Source: Candidatus Latescibacterota bacterium (GTDB lineage: Bacteria > Latescibacterota > UBA2968 > GCA-2709665). Taken from it: DNA of 64,000 bases. Below are positions 1 through 9,385 of this stretch, in pieces; positions within the stretch are counted from its first letter, which is position 1, and each line of letters opens with the position of its first letter. The position numbers and the translations under genes are program-made. The notes below the pieces were generated by a model. The model was not told the DNA's origin. It saw nothing but the letters and a program-made list of their open reading frames with translations, and searched no databases. Location of the stretch: NCBI GenBank assembly GCA_965222075.1, contig OZ244937.1:2304001-2368000 (forward strand). Reading direction: 5' to 3'.

Positions 1-1
1 G

Positions 2-3000
2 CCGACCGCTGAGCTCGTCTCGTCGCCGGCCTATCCGGCAGGCACGGCAGGAGTGCCCATCCAGCTCAGGGTTGGCGACAGGGTTGGCGATTCGGAAGGG
101 CTTCACCAGGTGATCTTGTTCGCTGTCACGAGGGATATAGGCATTACTGCGGGGGGATCCGAAATCAAGGCGTGTCATGGGTTGGCGGGTGAGAAAGATG
201 AGCTCGTTGACTTCGAGTATGACGGCACGATTCCATCCTCCTTTGTCTCAAGTCTCTCCGATCCGATTGCGCATCCGATCCACGTGCAGGTGGTCAATTC
301 CGAGGGAGATGCGGGTTGGACGGATTTCGTGCTTTCGGAGATCTCCCCACACCTGGTTGCCACTCTGGAAGGCCATACGAGTGAGGTCAATTCGTTGGCC
401 TTTTCTCCGGATGGGGCCACGCTGGCTTCTTCGGGGTCATGGGACAATGAAATCAAGCTGTGGCACTTGAAGGCCAAGAAACCATTCGTGATCGCCACGC
501 TGAGAGGGCACACGGATGCGGTCAGTTCGGTCTCCTTTTCCTCTCCGGACGGCGCTACTCTCGCCTCCGGGTCCTGGGATCGCACGATCAAGTTGTGGGA
601 CGGGAAGTCCGGTGGACTGATCGCTACTCTGGAGGAGCATGCGGATGGGGTTACGTCCGTGTCGTTTTCTTCTGGCGGAACCACTCTGGCCTCCGGGTCG
701 AGGGATGGCACGATCAAGCTGTGGGACGTGCGGACCCGGGAAGAGATCGGCACACTCGAAGGGCATACGGGTGAGGTCACGTCAGTGTCGTTTTCCCCCG
801 ACGGCGCGCTACTGGCCTCGGCAGGTGGATGGGGTGATCGCACGGTCATATTGTGGGACGTTGAGACTCTGAAACAGATCGGCACCCTGGAGGGGCATAC
901 GGGTGAGGTCACGTCAGTGTCGTTTTCCCCCGACGGCGCGCTACTGGCCTCGGCAGGTGGATGGGGTGATCGCACGGTCATATTGTGGGACGTTGAGACT
1001 CTGAAACAGATCGGCACCCTGGAAGGCCATGCGTCCAGGATCAACTCGCTGTCCCTTTCTGCCCCGGACGGCGCTCTCCTGGCGACCGGCTCAGGGGATG
1101 GCACGGCCATTGTCTGGGATCTTCTGACCCGGGAGAAGATCGCCGCCTTCGGACACACGAAGGAGGTCCTCTCCGTGTCCTTGTCGCCCGGTGACGCCAC
1201 GCTCGCCGGTGGGGGACGGGATGGAGCGATCCTGCTGTGGGACGTGTCGGAGTGGACGGGGGCCCGTGCTTTCGCGCTGGAGATCGTCTATGGCGACGGT
1301 CAGCAGGGCGCCCCCGGAACGGGGCTGGCCCAGCCCCTGGTGGTGGAAGTGCGGGATCAGTACGGCGATCCCCTGTCCGATGCGGCCGTCACCTTCACGG
1401 TCACCGCCGGCGAAGGGAAACTCAGCGGCCGGTTTGCAGTGGAGCACGCCACCACCGATGTCAACGGCCGGGCAGAGCTGCCCCTTACCCTGGGCCTTCA
1501 CCCGGGTCCGAACACCGTGGGTGTCTCCATCGGGGGCCGCGAGTTGGCGACGTTTACCGCACAGGGCGTGGGCACGGCGGTGGCGGAGCTGGAGGGGGAC
1601 TACCGGACCTGGCATCTGCCCAGGGCGGCGACGGTGCGTCTGGGAAAGGGCGCCCTGGGAGAAAGCGACCGGGCGGTGGCCCTCTCGGCGGACGGCCGCT
1701 GTCTGGCCGTGGCCAGCGCCCTCGGCGTGTGGCTGTACGAGGCGGCCACGTCCCGTGCCCTGGCGCTGCTGCCGACTGAGAGTCCGGTCCATTCGGTTGC
1801 GTTCTCCCTCGACGGCACCCTGGCTGCGGGGCTGGACAACGGCCAGGTCGAGCTATGGGAGGTGGAAACCGGGGAGCGCATCGGCACGCTGAGGCATGCG
1901 GATTGGGGCGGGGTCGCGGTGGTTTTTTCTCCGGATGGAACTCGCTTAGCTTCCGGGTCGTCGGATCAGGTCATCAAGGTGTGGGATGTAGAGACCAGGC
2001 GCGAGGTCGGAACCTGGGAGGTGCCACGGGAAGGCAATTTTCTTTGGCCCCTCTCGGTGGCCTTTTCGCCGGATGGGACGAGGCTGGTATCGGGGTTTCA
2101 AGATGGCACGGTCAGGCTGTGGGACATAGCGACACAGACGGAGTTGGCCACGCTGGAAGGACATACGGATCGGGTCACATCGGTGTCGTTTTCGCCCGAT
2201 GGCGGCTTGCTGGCTTCGGCCGGGGGGTGGAGTGATCCCACGGTCCGGCTGTGGGACGCGGCCACACAGGCGCAGGTCGCCATGTTGAGAGGACACAGGA
2301 GCGAGGTCCGTTCGGTGTCGTTTTCCTCCCCTGACGGCGCCACCCTGGCTTCCGGGGCATGGGACCGCACCGTCCGGCTGTGGGACGTGGCGACGAGAGA
2401 GTTGATCAACACTCTGGAAGAGCACACGGGTCCGGTCCATTCGGTGACGTTTTCCCGCGATGGCGCCACCCTGGCTTCCGGGGCCGCGGACGGCAGGGTG
2501 CTGCTGCGGGATCTGGAGTCCAGGAATGCCGCCGGGCTCGCCGGGCATGAGTCCTCTTCATCCATGGTGTTTTCCCGCGATGGCGCGCTCGTGGCTTCGG
2601 GTTCTCAGGACGGCACCATCAAGCTGTGGGACGCGGTGACGCAAACCCAGATCGCCGTTCTGGAAGGGCATACAGCTCGGGTCGCTGCAGTGTCGTTTTC
2701 ACCCGATGGCGCGCTCCTGGCTTCAGCCGGGGGCTGGGATGATCCGGTCAAGCTGTGGGATGTGGCGACACGAACACAGATCGGCACTCTGGGGCACTCA
2801 CGGCGGATCAATGCCATGTCCTTCTCCTCTCCAGACGGCGCCCGGCTGGCTAAAGGATCGTCGGACGGCACGATCACGCTGTGGGACGTGGCCACACGAG
2901 AACAGATCGGCACCCTGGAAGGACACATGGATGGCGTCCGTTCGATGTCCTTTTCTCCCGATGGTGCCACCCTGGCCTCGGGAGGGGGCCATGAAGACAA

Positions 3001-5758
3001 GACGGTCAAACTGTGGGACGTGGGGACCCGAGAGCTGATCGGCACCCTGGAAGGGCATGAGTATGAGGTCAATACAGTGGCCTTTTCGCCCAGGGGCAGG
3101 ATGCTCGTTTCCGGGTCGCACCGCACGGTCAAGCTGTGGGACGTGGAGACCCGAGAGCCGATCGGCGCCCTGGAAGGTGTGGGGGCCAACGCCGTTTCGT
3201 TCTCGCGCGATGGGACGATGCTTGTTTCCGGGTCGCACCGCACGGTCAGGCTGTGGGATGTGGCAACAAGACGGATGATCACCACCCTGGAAGGACATGC
3301 TCGTTCGGTGAATCATGTGGCGTTGTCTCGCGATCAAATGAACCTGATTACTGGATCGGACGACGGCACGATTCTGCTGTGGGACATCTCGGAGTGGACG
3401 CGGCCCCGTCCCTCCGCGCTGGCGGTCATCTCCGGCGACGGGCAGCAGGGCGAGCCCGGTGCGGCGTTGACCCATCCCCTGATCGTGGAAGTGCGGGACC
3501 AGTACGGCGATCTCCTGCCGGAGGCCACCGTCGCCTTCACGGTTACTGCCGGGGAGGGCCAGCTCAGCGACCGTTTCACGGTGGAGCACATCACCACCGA
3601 TGCCAACGGCCGGGCGGAGCTGATCCTTACCCTGGGTCCTCAACCGGGGCAGAATATCGTGGGCGTGACCCTCGGGGGGCACGAGCTGGCGACGTTTACC
3701 GCACAGGGCGTGGGCACGGCGGTGGCGGAGCTGGAAGGGGACTACCGGACCTGGCATCTGCCCACGGCAGCGACGGTGCGTCTGGGAAAGGGCGCCCTGG
3801 GAGAAAGCGACCGGACGGTAGCTCTCTCGGCCGACGGCCGATGTCTGGCCGTGGCCAGCGGCATCGGCGTGTGGCTGTACGAGGCGTCCACGTCTCGTGC
3901 TCTGGCGCTGCTGCCGACGGAGAGTCCGGTCCATTCGGTGGCGTTCTCCCTCGACGGCACCCTGGCTGCCGGACTGGACAATGGCCAGGTCGAGCTGTGG
4001 GAGGTGGAAACAGGGGAGCGGACCGGCACGTTGAGGCATGCAAATTGGGGCGGGGTCGCGGTGGTTTTTTCTCCGGATGGGACGAAGCTGGCTTCCGGGT
4101 CATTGGAACAGGTCATCAAGCTTTGGGATATCGAGACCAGGCGTGAGGTGGGCACGTGGGAGGTGCCGCGGGACAGCGATTTTTACTGGGACATCTCGGT
4201 GGCCTTTTCGCCGGATGGGTCGAGGCTGGTATCGGGGTTTCAGGATGGCACGGTCCGGCTGTGGGACATAGCGACACAGACGGAGTTGGCCACCCTGGAG
4301 GGGCATACGGATCGGGTCACATCGGTGTCGTTTTCGCCCGATGGCGGCTTGCTGGCTTCGGCCGGGGGGTGGAGTGATCCCACGGTCCGGCTGTGGGACG
4401 CGGCGACCCAAACGGAGGTGGCCACGCTGAGGGGGCATACGGACGAGGTCCGTTCGGTGTCGTTTTCTTCGCCTGACGGCGCCACCCTGGCTTCCGGGGC
4501 ATGGGACCGCACGGTTCGACTGTGGGACGTGGCCACACAAGAGGAGGTGGCCACCCTGGAAGAGCATAGTGGTCCGGTCCATTCCGTGTCGTTCTCGCGA
4601 GATGGCGCGACCCTAATCTCCGGGGCCGCGGACGGCAGGGTGCTGCTGCGGGATGTGGAAACGGGCAATGTCGCAGGGCTCTCCGGTCACGGATCCTTGT
4701 CCTCGATGGCGCTTTCGCCCGATGGGACACTCCTGGCTTCGACAGGGGGCTGGGGAGATGAGACGGTCACTCTATGGGACGCGGCGACTCGGACACGGAT
4801 TGCCACTCTTGAGGGGCATACGAGTAGCGTCACTTCGGTGTCTTTTTCTTCGGATGGCGCTCTCCTGGCTTCCGGGTCGTGGGATCGCACGGTCAAGCTG
4901 TGGAACGTGGGAACCCGAGAACTGGTCGGGACGCTGGAAGGGCATACGTCTGGAGTCAACGCAGTGGCGTTTACGTCCGATGGCGCCACCCTGGCTTCAG
5001 CCGGGGGTCGGAATGATGCCACCGTGAGACTGTGGGACGTGGGGGCTCACGAGCTGATCGGCACTCTCGAAGGGCATACCAATGAGGTCCGTTCGGTGGC
5101 GTTTACGTCCGATGGCGCCACCCTGGCCTCGGCAGGAGGCGATGAAGACAACACGGTCAAGCTGTGGAACGTAGGAACCCGAGAAGAGATAGGCACCCTC
5201 GAAGGGCATACGGAGGGGGTCAATTCCGTGGCGTTTTCGCACGACGATGCCCTCCTGGCCTCCGGGTCATGGGACGGCACGGTCAAGCTGTGGAACGTGG
5301 CGACCCGAGAAAAGATAGGCACCCTCGAAGGCGCGGGGGGCGATGCGGTGGCGTTTTCGTCGGATGGGGCATTGCTCGTTTCCGGTTCCTGGCACACGGT
5401 CAGCCTATGGGACGTAGAGACATGGGAACAGCTCGCCACCCTGGAGGGGCATTCAGGTTCAGTTCATTCCGTGGCGTTTTTGAGCAACGGCACCGCCCTC
5501 GCGTCCGGCTCATGGGATGGCACGATGCTGCTGTGGGATATCTCGCCGTATACTACCGCCCAATCTCGCAAGCCCGACTTCGACGGCGACGGGACCGTTG
5601 GCTTTGCCGATTTTGTGCAGTTTGCGGCACAGTTCGGGTTAAGCCAGGGCGACGCGGGGTATGATGCGCGGTACGACCTGGATGGGGATGGCACCATCGG
5701 GTTTGGCGACTTTGTGATCTTTGCCAACGCCTTTGGGAAAGGAACTTCGTCGCTCTGA
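2..5758 (+). CDS. WD40-repeat surface protein with two Ig-like (Big-1-like) linker modules and a C-terminal paired EF-hand/dockerin-like domain; 5' truncated by the window edge
   Basis: The frame is open from base 2 (PTAELVSSPAYPAG..., homologous to PTVEITSPTRYQPG in the 9386 paralog). Dozens of GH...WD repeats, two GDGQQG.PG..L..PLVVEVRDQYG modules, and C-terminal DFDGDGTVGFADF...YDLDGDGTIGFGDF. Confidence 0.9.
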   Translation, partial: PTAELVSSPAYPAGTAGVPIQLRVGDRVGDSEGLHQVILFAVTRDIGITAGGSEIKACHGLAGEKDELVDFEYDGTIPSSFVSSLSDPIAHPIHVQVVNSEGDAGWTDFVLSEISPHLVATLEGHTSEVNSLAFSPDGATLASSGSWDNEIKLWHLKAKKPFVIATLRGHTDAVSSVSFSSPDGATLASGSWDRTIKLWDGKSGGLIATLEEHADGVTSVSFSSGGTTLASGSRDGTIKLWDVRTREEIGTLEGHTGEVTSVSFSPDGALLASAGGWGDRTVILWDVETLKQIGTLEGHTGEVTSVSFSPDGALLASAGGWGDRTVILWDVETLKQIGTLEGHASRINSLSLSAPDGALLATGSGDGTAIVWDLLTREKIAAFGHTKEVLSVSLSPGDATLAGGGRDGAILLWDVSEWTGARAFALEIVYGDGQQGAPGTGLAQPLVVEVRDQYGDPLSDAAVTFTVTAGEGKLSGRFAVEHATTDVNGRAELPLTLGLHPGPNTVGVSIGGRELATFTAQGVGTAVAELEGDYRTWHLPRAATVRLGKGALGESDRAVALSADGRCLAVASALGVWLYEAATSRALALLPTESPVHSVAFSLDGTLAAGLDNGQVELWEVETGERIGTLRHADWGGVAVVFSPDGTRLASGSSDQVIKVWDVETRREVGTWEVPREGNFLWPLSVAFSPDGTRLVSGFQDGTVRLWDIATQTELATLEGHTDRVTSVSFSPDGGLLASAGGWSDPTVRLWDAATQAQVAMLRGHRSEVRSVSFSSPDGATLASGAWDRTVRLWDVATRELINTLEEHTGPVHSVTFSRDGATLASGAADGRVLLRDLESRNAAGLAGHESSSSMVFSRDGALVASGSQDGTIKLWDAVTQTQIAVLEGHTARVAAVSFSPDGALLASAGGWDDPVKLWDVATRTQIGTLGHSRRINAMSFSSPDGARLAKGSSDGTITLWDVATREQIGTLEGHMDGVRSMSFSPDGATLASGGGHEDKTVKLWDVGTRELIGTLEGHEYEVNTVAFSPRGRMLVSGSHRTVKLWDVETREPIGALEGVGANAVSFSRDGTMLVSGSHRTVRLWDVATRRMITTLEGHARSVNHVALSRDQMNLITGSDDGTILLWDISEWTRPRPSALAVISGDGQQGEPGAALTHPLIVEVRDQYGDLLPEATVAFTVTAGEGQLSDRFTVEHITTDANGRAELILTLGPQPGQNIVGVTLGGHELATFTAQGVGTAVAELEGDYRTWHLPTAATVRLGKGALGESDRTVALSADGRCLAVASGIGVWLYEASTSRALALLPTESPVHSVAFSLDGTLAAGLDNGQVELWEVETGERTGTLRHANWGGVAVVFSPDGTKLASGSLEQVIKLWDIETRREVGTWEVPRDSDFYWDISVAFSPDGSRLVSGFQDGTVRLWDIATQTELATLEGHTDRVTSVSFSPDGGLLASAGGWSDPTVRLWDAATQTEVATLRGHTDEVRSVSFSSPDGATLASGAWDRTVRLWDVATQEEVATLEEHSGPVHSVSFSRDGATLISGAADGRVLLRDVETGNVAGLSGHGSLSSMALSPDGTLLASTGGWGDETVTLWDAATRTRIATLEGHTSSVTSVSFSSDGALLASGSWDRTVKLWNVGTRELVGTLEGHTSGVNAVAFTSDGATLASAGGRNDATVRLWDVGAHELIGTLEGHTNEVRSVAFTSDGATLASAGGDEDNTVKLWNVGTREEIGTLEGHTEGVNSVAFSHDDALLASGSWDGTVKLWNVATREKIGTLEGAGGDAVAFSSDGALLVSGSWHTVSLWDVETWEQLATLEGHSGSVHSVAFLSNGTALASGSWDGTMLLWDISPYTTAQSRKPDFDGDGTVGFADFVQFAAQFGLSQGDAGYDARYDLDGDGTIGFGDFVIFANAFGKGTSSL
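761..1023 (+). repeat. Exact in-frame tandem duplication of one 44-codon WD40 blade (132-bp period)
   Basis: 761-891 and 893-1023 are identical at the nucleotide level. Confidence 0.9.
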
Positions 5759-5911
5759 CTCTCTGGACGGTTTGAAATCGAAGGCGTTTTACGAGACAGG
5801 TTGTCCGCTTACGGGCACCTGTCTCTGACCATGACGCCGTAATGCAGGACGCCGACGCATCCGGCGATCAAGACGGTAGGATGGCCGTTTCTGGGTAAGG
5901 TGGATAACACC

Positions 5912-8900
5912 ATGAAACCTCCCGTTCTTCGTTTCACTCTATTGGCGATGCTCGGCGTCTTTCTCTGTCCGCCGGTAGCCGGCCATGCGTCGTCCCCTCC
6001 TGCCGACAGCACGCATTTCTGCGTGCCCTTCGATTACGAGCAGTGGCGGCGCGATCACCCCCGCCCGGCGGCCAAGCCGCTGGCGGATCTGAACGCGGGC
6101 GAACCACGCACGGTGCGTCTGATTCTCTTCTTGCCTAACGATCGTCCGTTTCGCGTCGGGTTGGTCGATTCGATAAAGACGGCGATCAAGCAGAGTCAAA
6201 CCTTCTTTGCCGAGCAGATGCAGGCGCACGGCTACGGCTACAAGACCTTCCGAATTGAAACCGATGCGCTGGGTGAGCCGCTGGTGCATCGCGTCGATGG
6301 TCAACACCCGGAGAGCCACTATTTCGAAAAGACCCCAGGCGTCCAGCATGAGCATTGGACGAGAGAAATCGAACAGGTGTTTGATCTTGAGGAGAACGTC
6401 TATGTCATCTACAGAGACATCACCAAGTACACCGGACCGGCCAACGGATACAGGTACACAAAAAAGCGAGGCACGGCGAACTTGCCAACGTCTGCGCGAT
6501 GGGGAGTCTTGGCCCATGAATTGGCTCACGCCTTCGGCCTCCCGCACGACTACCGGGATGGCGCGTACATCCTGTCCTACGGTGGACCGAGCCAATTCCC
6601 GGGTGCAAGCACCTGGGATCGAATCTCCGCGTGCGCTGCGGAATTCCTGTCCGTTAGTCCCTACTTCGATTCCGCTATCCCGATTGAAGAAGCCTCCCCA
6701 CCAACCATCAAACTCATTTCACCGAGCAAATACCCGGGTGGCTCAAAAAGCGTTTCCATCGAATTCGAAGTGAGTGATACCGAAGGACTTCATCAAGTGT
6801 TGCTATACACAAGCAGTGCTTACGGGTACAAGGGACTGAGGGAATGTCGTACGGTCGAGAGTCGAAGAGATGCTATCGTTGAGTTCGAATATGACGGGTC
6901 GTCGACGGCCGCCAATCCTGAATACGCCATAACAAGCCTTTCGGACTCTCTCCATTCGGTTGACGTGAGGGTAGTCGATACGGATGGAAACGTGACCGCG
7001 CTGGAGTTTGACCTTGTTCCGGACCAAGTGACCGATGCCCTCAAAGGACATACCGACTCCGTCAATACGGTGGCGTTTTCCCCCGATAGGACGACCCTGG
7101 CCTCGGGGTCGTCGGATGGCACGGTCAAGCTGTGGAACGTGTCACGCCGGGAGCTGCTTGGGACCCTGGAAGGACATGCACATCCGGTCAGGACGGTTGC
7201 ATTCTCCCGGGACGGGACCCTCGCTTCCGGGTCATTGAATGGCATCAGACTGTGGGACGTGACGACACAAAGCGAGATCGCTGTCCTGGAGGGGACCGCT
7301 CCGGTGGCGTTTTCCCCCGATGGGACTCTGCTTGCCTCCGGATCGGGGAACCGCACGATTGCGCTTTGGGACGCGAGGACACTCGAAAAGGTCGCCACCC
7401 TTGAAGGTCATACGGAGCAGATCAATACGGTAGCGTTTTCCCCTGATGGGACTCTGCTCGCCTCGGGGTCAGGGAACTTTGGTTCAGAGGATCAAACGGT
7501 CAGGCTGTGGGACGTAGCGAGACGCGAAGAGATCGCAACCTTTGAGCATACCGGGGCGATCTGGTCCGTGGCGTTTTCTCCCGATGGAGCCGTCCTCGCC
7601 TCGGCAGTGGGATCACCGGAAAATGTGGTCTGGATGTGGGACATGAGGACACGTAGAGAAGTAACCAGGCTCTGGCATTCTGGGGCGGTCTTGTCCGTGG
7701 CGTTTTCTCGCGGCGCATCCATCCTTGCTTCCGGATTCATTTCCGATCGGGGGGATGGCAAGGTCAGGCTATACGATCCCCTGACCCTGGATCTCATCGG
7801 CACCTTCCTGCCGTTCCAACCGCGCCGTGGCGGGGTCCGCTCGCTGGCGATTTCCCACGATGAGACCACCCTCGCCGCCGGGACAGAGTATCATACGATA
7901 GAGCTGCGAGATGTCTCCAAGTGGAAGCGGCCGCCCTTCCCATTCCGCCTGGAGGTCATCTCCGGCGACGGCCAGCAGGGCGCGCCCGGGGCGGCGTTGG
8001 CCCATCCCCTGATCGTGGAAGTGCGCGACCAGTACGGAGATCCCCTGCCGGACGCGTCCGTCACCTTCACGGTCACGGCTGGCGGGGGAACGCTGTCCGT
8101 AGAGACCGCCGCCACCGATGCCAACGGCCGCGCCGCCACCCTGCTGACTCTGGGGAGCCAGCAGGGGAAGAACACCGTTGTCGCAACGGTAGCCCATCTC
8201 GAGCCGGAGACGTCCACCGCGACTGCCAAAGCCGATCCCGACTTCGACGGCGACGGTACCGTTGGCTTTGCCGATTTTGTGCAATTTGCAGCACAGTTCG
8301 GGTTAGGTCAAGGCGATGCGGGATACGATGCACGGTACGATCTGGATGGGGATGGCGCCATCGGGTTCGGCGACTTTGTGATCTTTGCCAACGCCTTTGG
8401 AAAGAATCAGGCGGACGGCCCGAATCAGGCACCGAGGGCGGTAGAAAACATCGCCGACCAGGACATGATCCAGGGAGAGGGTGACGCTGTGTTGGATGTA
8501 TCCCCGTACTTCCGGGACGGAGATGGAGATGAGTTGACGTTCGCAGCGACGTCGAGCGACGAATCGGTAGCGACGGTCGCGGTATCCGGTTCGACGGCGA
8601 CAATCAAACCTGTATCGCCGGGCAATGCCACGGTGACGGTGAAAGCAACGGACCCGGGAGGATTGAGCGCCACGCAGCGTTTCCGGGTGAATGTGGAAGC
8701 CCCCGGCCCCCCACTGCCAGGCCCCTATGAACCGCTGGAATGGATCAGCGTCTCTCCCGGCCGGATCGTGTGGCGGCCCGTCTCCTTCATTCCCTTCAGG
8801 TGCCTCGGTTGGTCGGTTGCCACCGTAAACGGCGTTACGTACGAAATCCACTTTTCTCAGTGGCAGAGGAGAGACAACTCAAGAAGCCCCTGGACCGATA

Positions 8901-9070
8901 TCCCCGGTACGAGAAAAGCCAGAAAAATGTGCGGCTACACCCCTGACACATCGGGTGAATACAGACTCGTTATGGAGCTATCGATCAACGGAATCCGGGG
9001 ACGATACGCCAGTTCGAACACGATTACCGCGATATGCGATGGCGGAGAGTGTCGATTTTTCCAGCTATAG
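5912..9070 (+). CDS. Secreted metzincin-like zinc metallopeptidase / WD40 / Ig-like / EF-hand-dockerin-like / cadherin-like multidomain protein
   Basis: Signal peptide MKPPVLRFTLLAMLGVFLCPPVAGHA; HELAHAFGLPH zinc motif; about 7 WD40 repeats; internal dockerin-like pair; NQAP...DGDGDELTF...ATDPGGLSATQRF Ig/cadherin-like domain. The ATG at 5912 is preferred to the GTG at 5900. Confidence 0.85.
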   Translation: MKPPVLRFTLLAMLGVFLCPPVAGHASSPPADSTHFCVPFDYEQWRRDHPRPAAKPLADLNAGEPRTVRLILFLPNDRPFRVGLVDSIKTAIKQSQTFFAEQMQAHGYGYKTFRIETDALGEPLVHRVDGQHPESHYFEKTPGVQHEHWTREIEQVFDLEENVYVIYRDITKYTGPANGYRYTKKRGTANLPTSARWGVLAHELAHAFGLPHDYRDGAYILSYGGPSQFPGASTWDRISACAAEFLSVSPYFDSAIPIEEASPPTIKLISPSKYPGGSKSVSIEFEVSDTEGLHQVLLYTSSAYGYKGLRECRTVESRRDAIVEFEYDGSSTAANPEYAITSLSDSLHSVDVRVVDTDGNVTALEFDLVPDQVTDALKGHTDSVNTVAFSPDRTTLASGSSDGTVKLWNVSRRELLGTLEGHAHPVRTVAFSRDGTLASGSLNGIRLWDVTTQSEIAVLEGTAPVAFSPDGTLLASGSGNRTIALWDARTLEKVATLEGHTEQINTVAFSPDGTLLASGSGNFGSEDQTVRLWDVARREEIATFEHTGAIWSVAFSPDGAVLASAVGSPENVVWMWDMRTRREVTRLWHSGAVLSVAFSRGASILASGFISDRGDGKVRLYDPLTLDLIGTFLPFQPRRGGVRSLAISHDETTLAAGTEYHTIELRDVSKWKRPPFPFRLEVISGDGQQGAPGAALAHPLIVEVRDQYGDPLPDASVTFTVTAGGGTLSVETAATDANGRAATLLTLGSQQGKNTVVATVAHLEPETSTATAKADPDFDGDGTVGFADFVQFAAQFGLGQGDAGYDARYDLDGDGAIGFGDFVIFANAFGKNQADGPNQAPRAVENIADQDMIQGEGDAVLDVSPYFRDGDGDELTFAATSSDESVATVAVSGSTATIKPVSPGNATVTVKATDPGGLSATQRFRVNVEAPGPPLPGPYEPLEWISVSPGRIVWRPVSFIPFRCLGWSVATVNGVTYEIHFSQWQRRDNSRSPWTDIPGTRKARKMCGYTPDTSGEYRLVMELSINGIRGRYASSNTITAICDGGECRFFQL

Positions 9071-9161
9071 GCGGATGCGACGTGTACCTGCTCATTTCCC
9101 GCCAGCCGTTTCCGGGCACAAGATGACCTGAAATGAACATGATTTGGAGCAACCTGAACCC

Positions 9162-9260
9162 ATGAAAACCTCCGTTCTCCAATCCGCGTTTCCTGCCTTA
9201 ATGGCATTCGTACTCTCGCTCCCGACCGTCGGCTATGCCTCTTCCTCCGCATTCGAGTGG
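9162..9260 (+). pseudogene. Orphan signal-peptide remnant of a further paralog
   Basis: MKTSVLQSAFPALMAFVLSLPTVGYASSSA parallels the 5912 signal peptide (DNA ccatgaaaacctccgttctcc vs ccatgaaacctcccgttcttc), after which similarity is lost. Confidence 0.55.
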
Positions 9261-9385
9261 CTGCTCCTCTACCGACACGCAGGAAGAGATTGTGAAAATT
9301 GTCTCCGCGCCGGTAGAAGAGCGCACCCTCGCGTAGCCGAACCGGGGCCGCCGAGATTTAGCATCCGGGTAAAGAGCAGGGGCCA

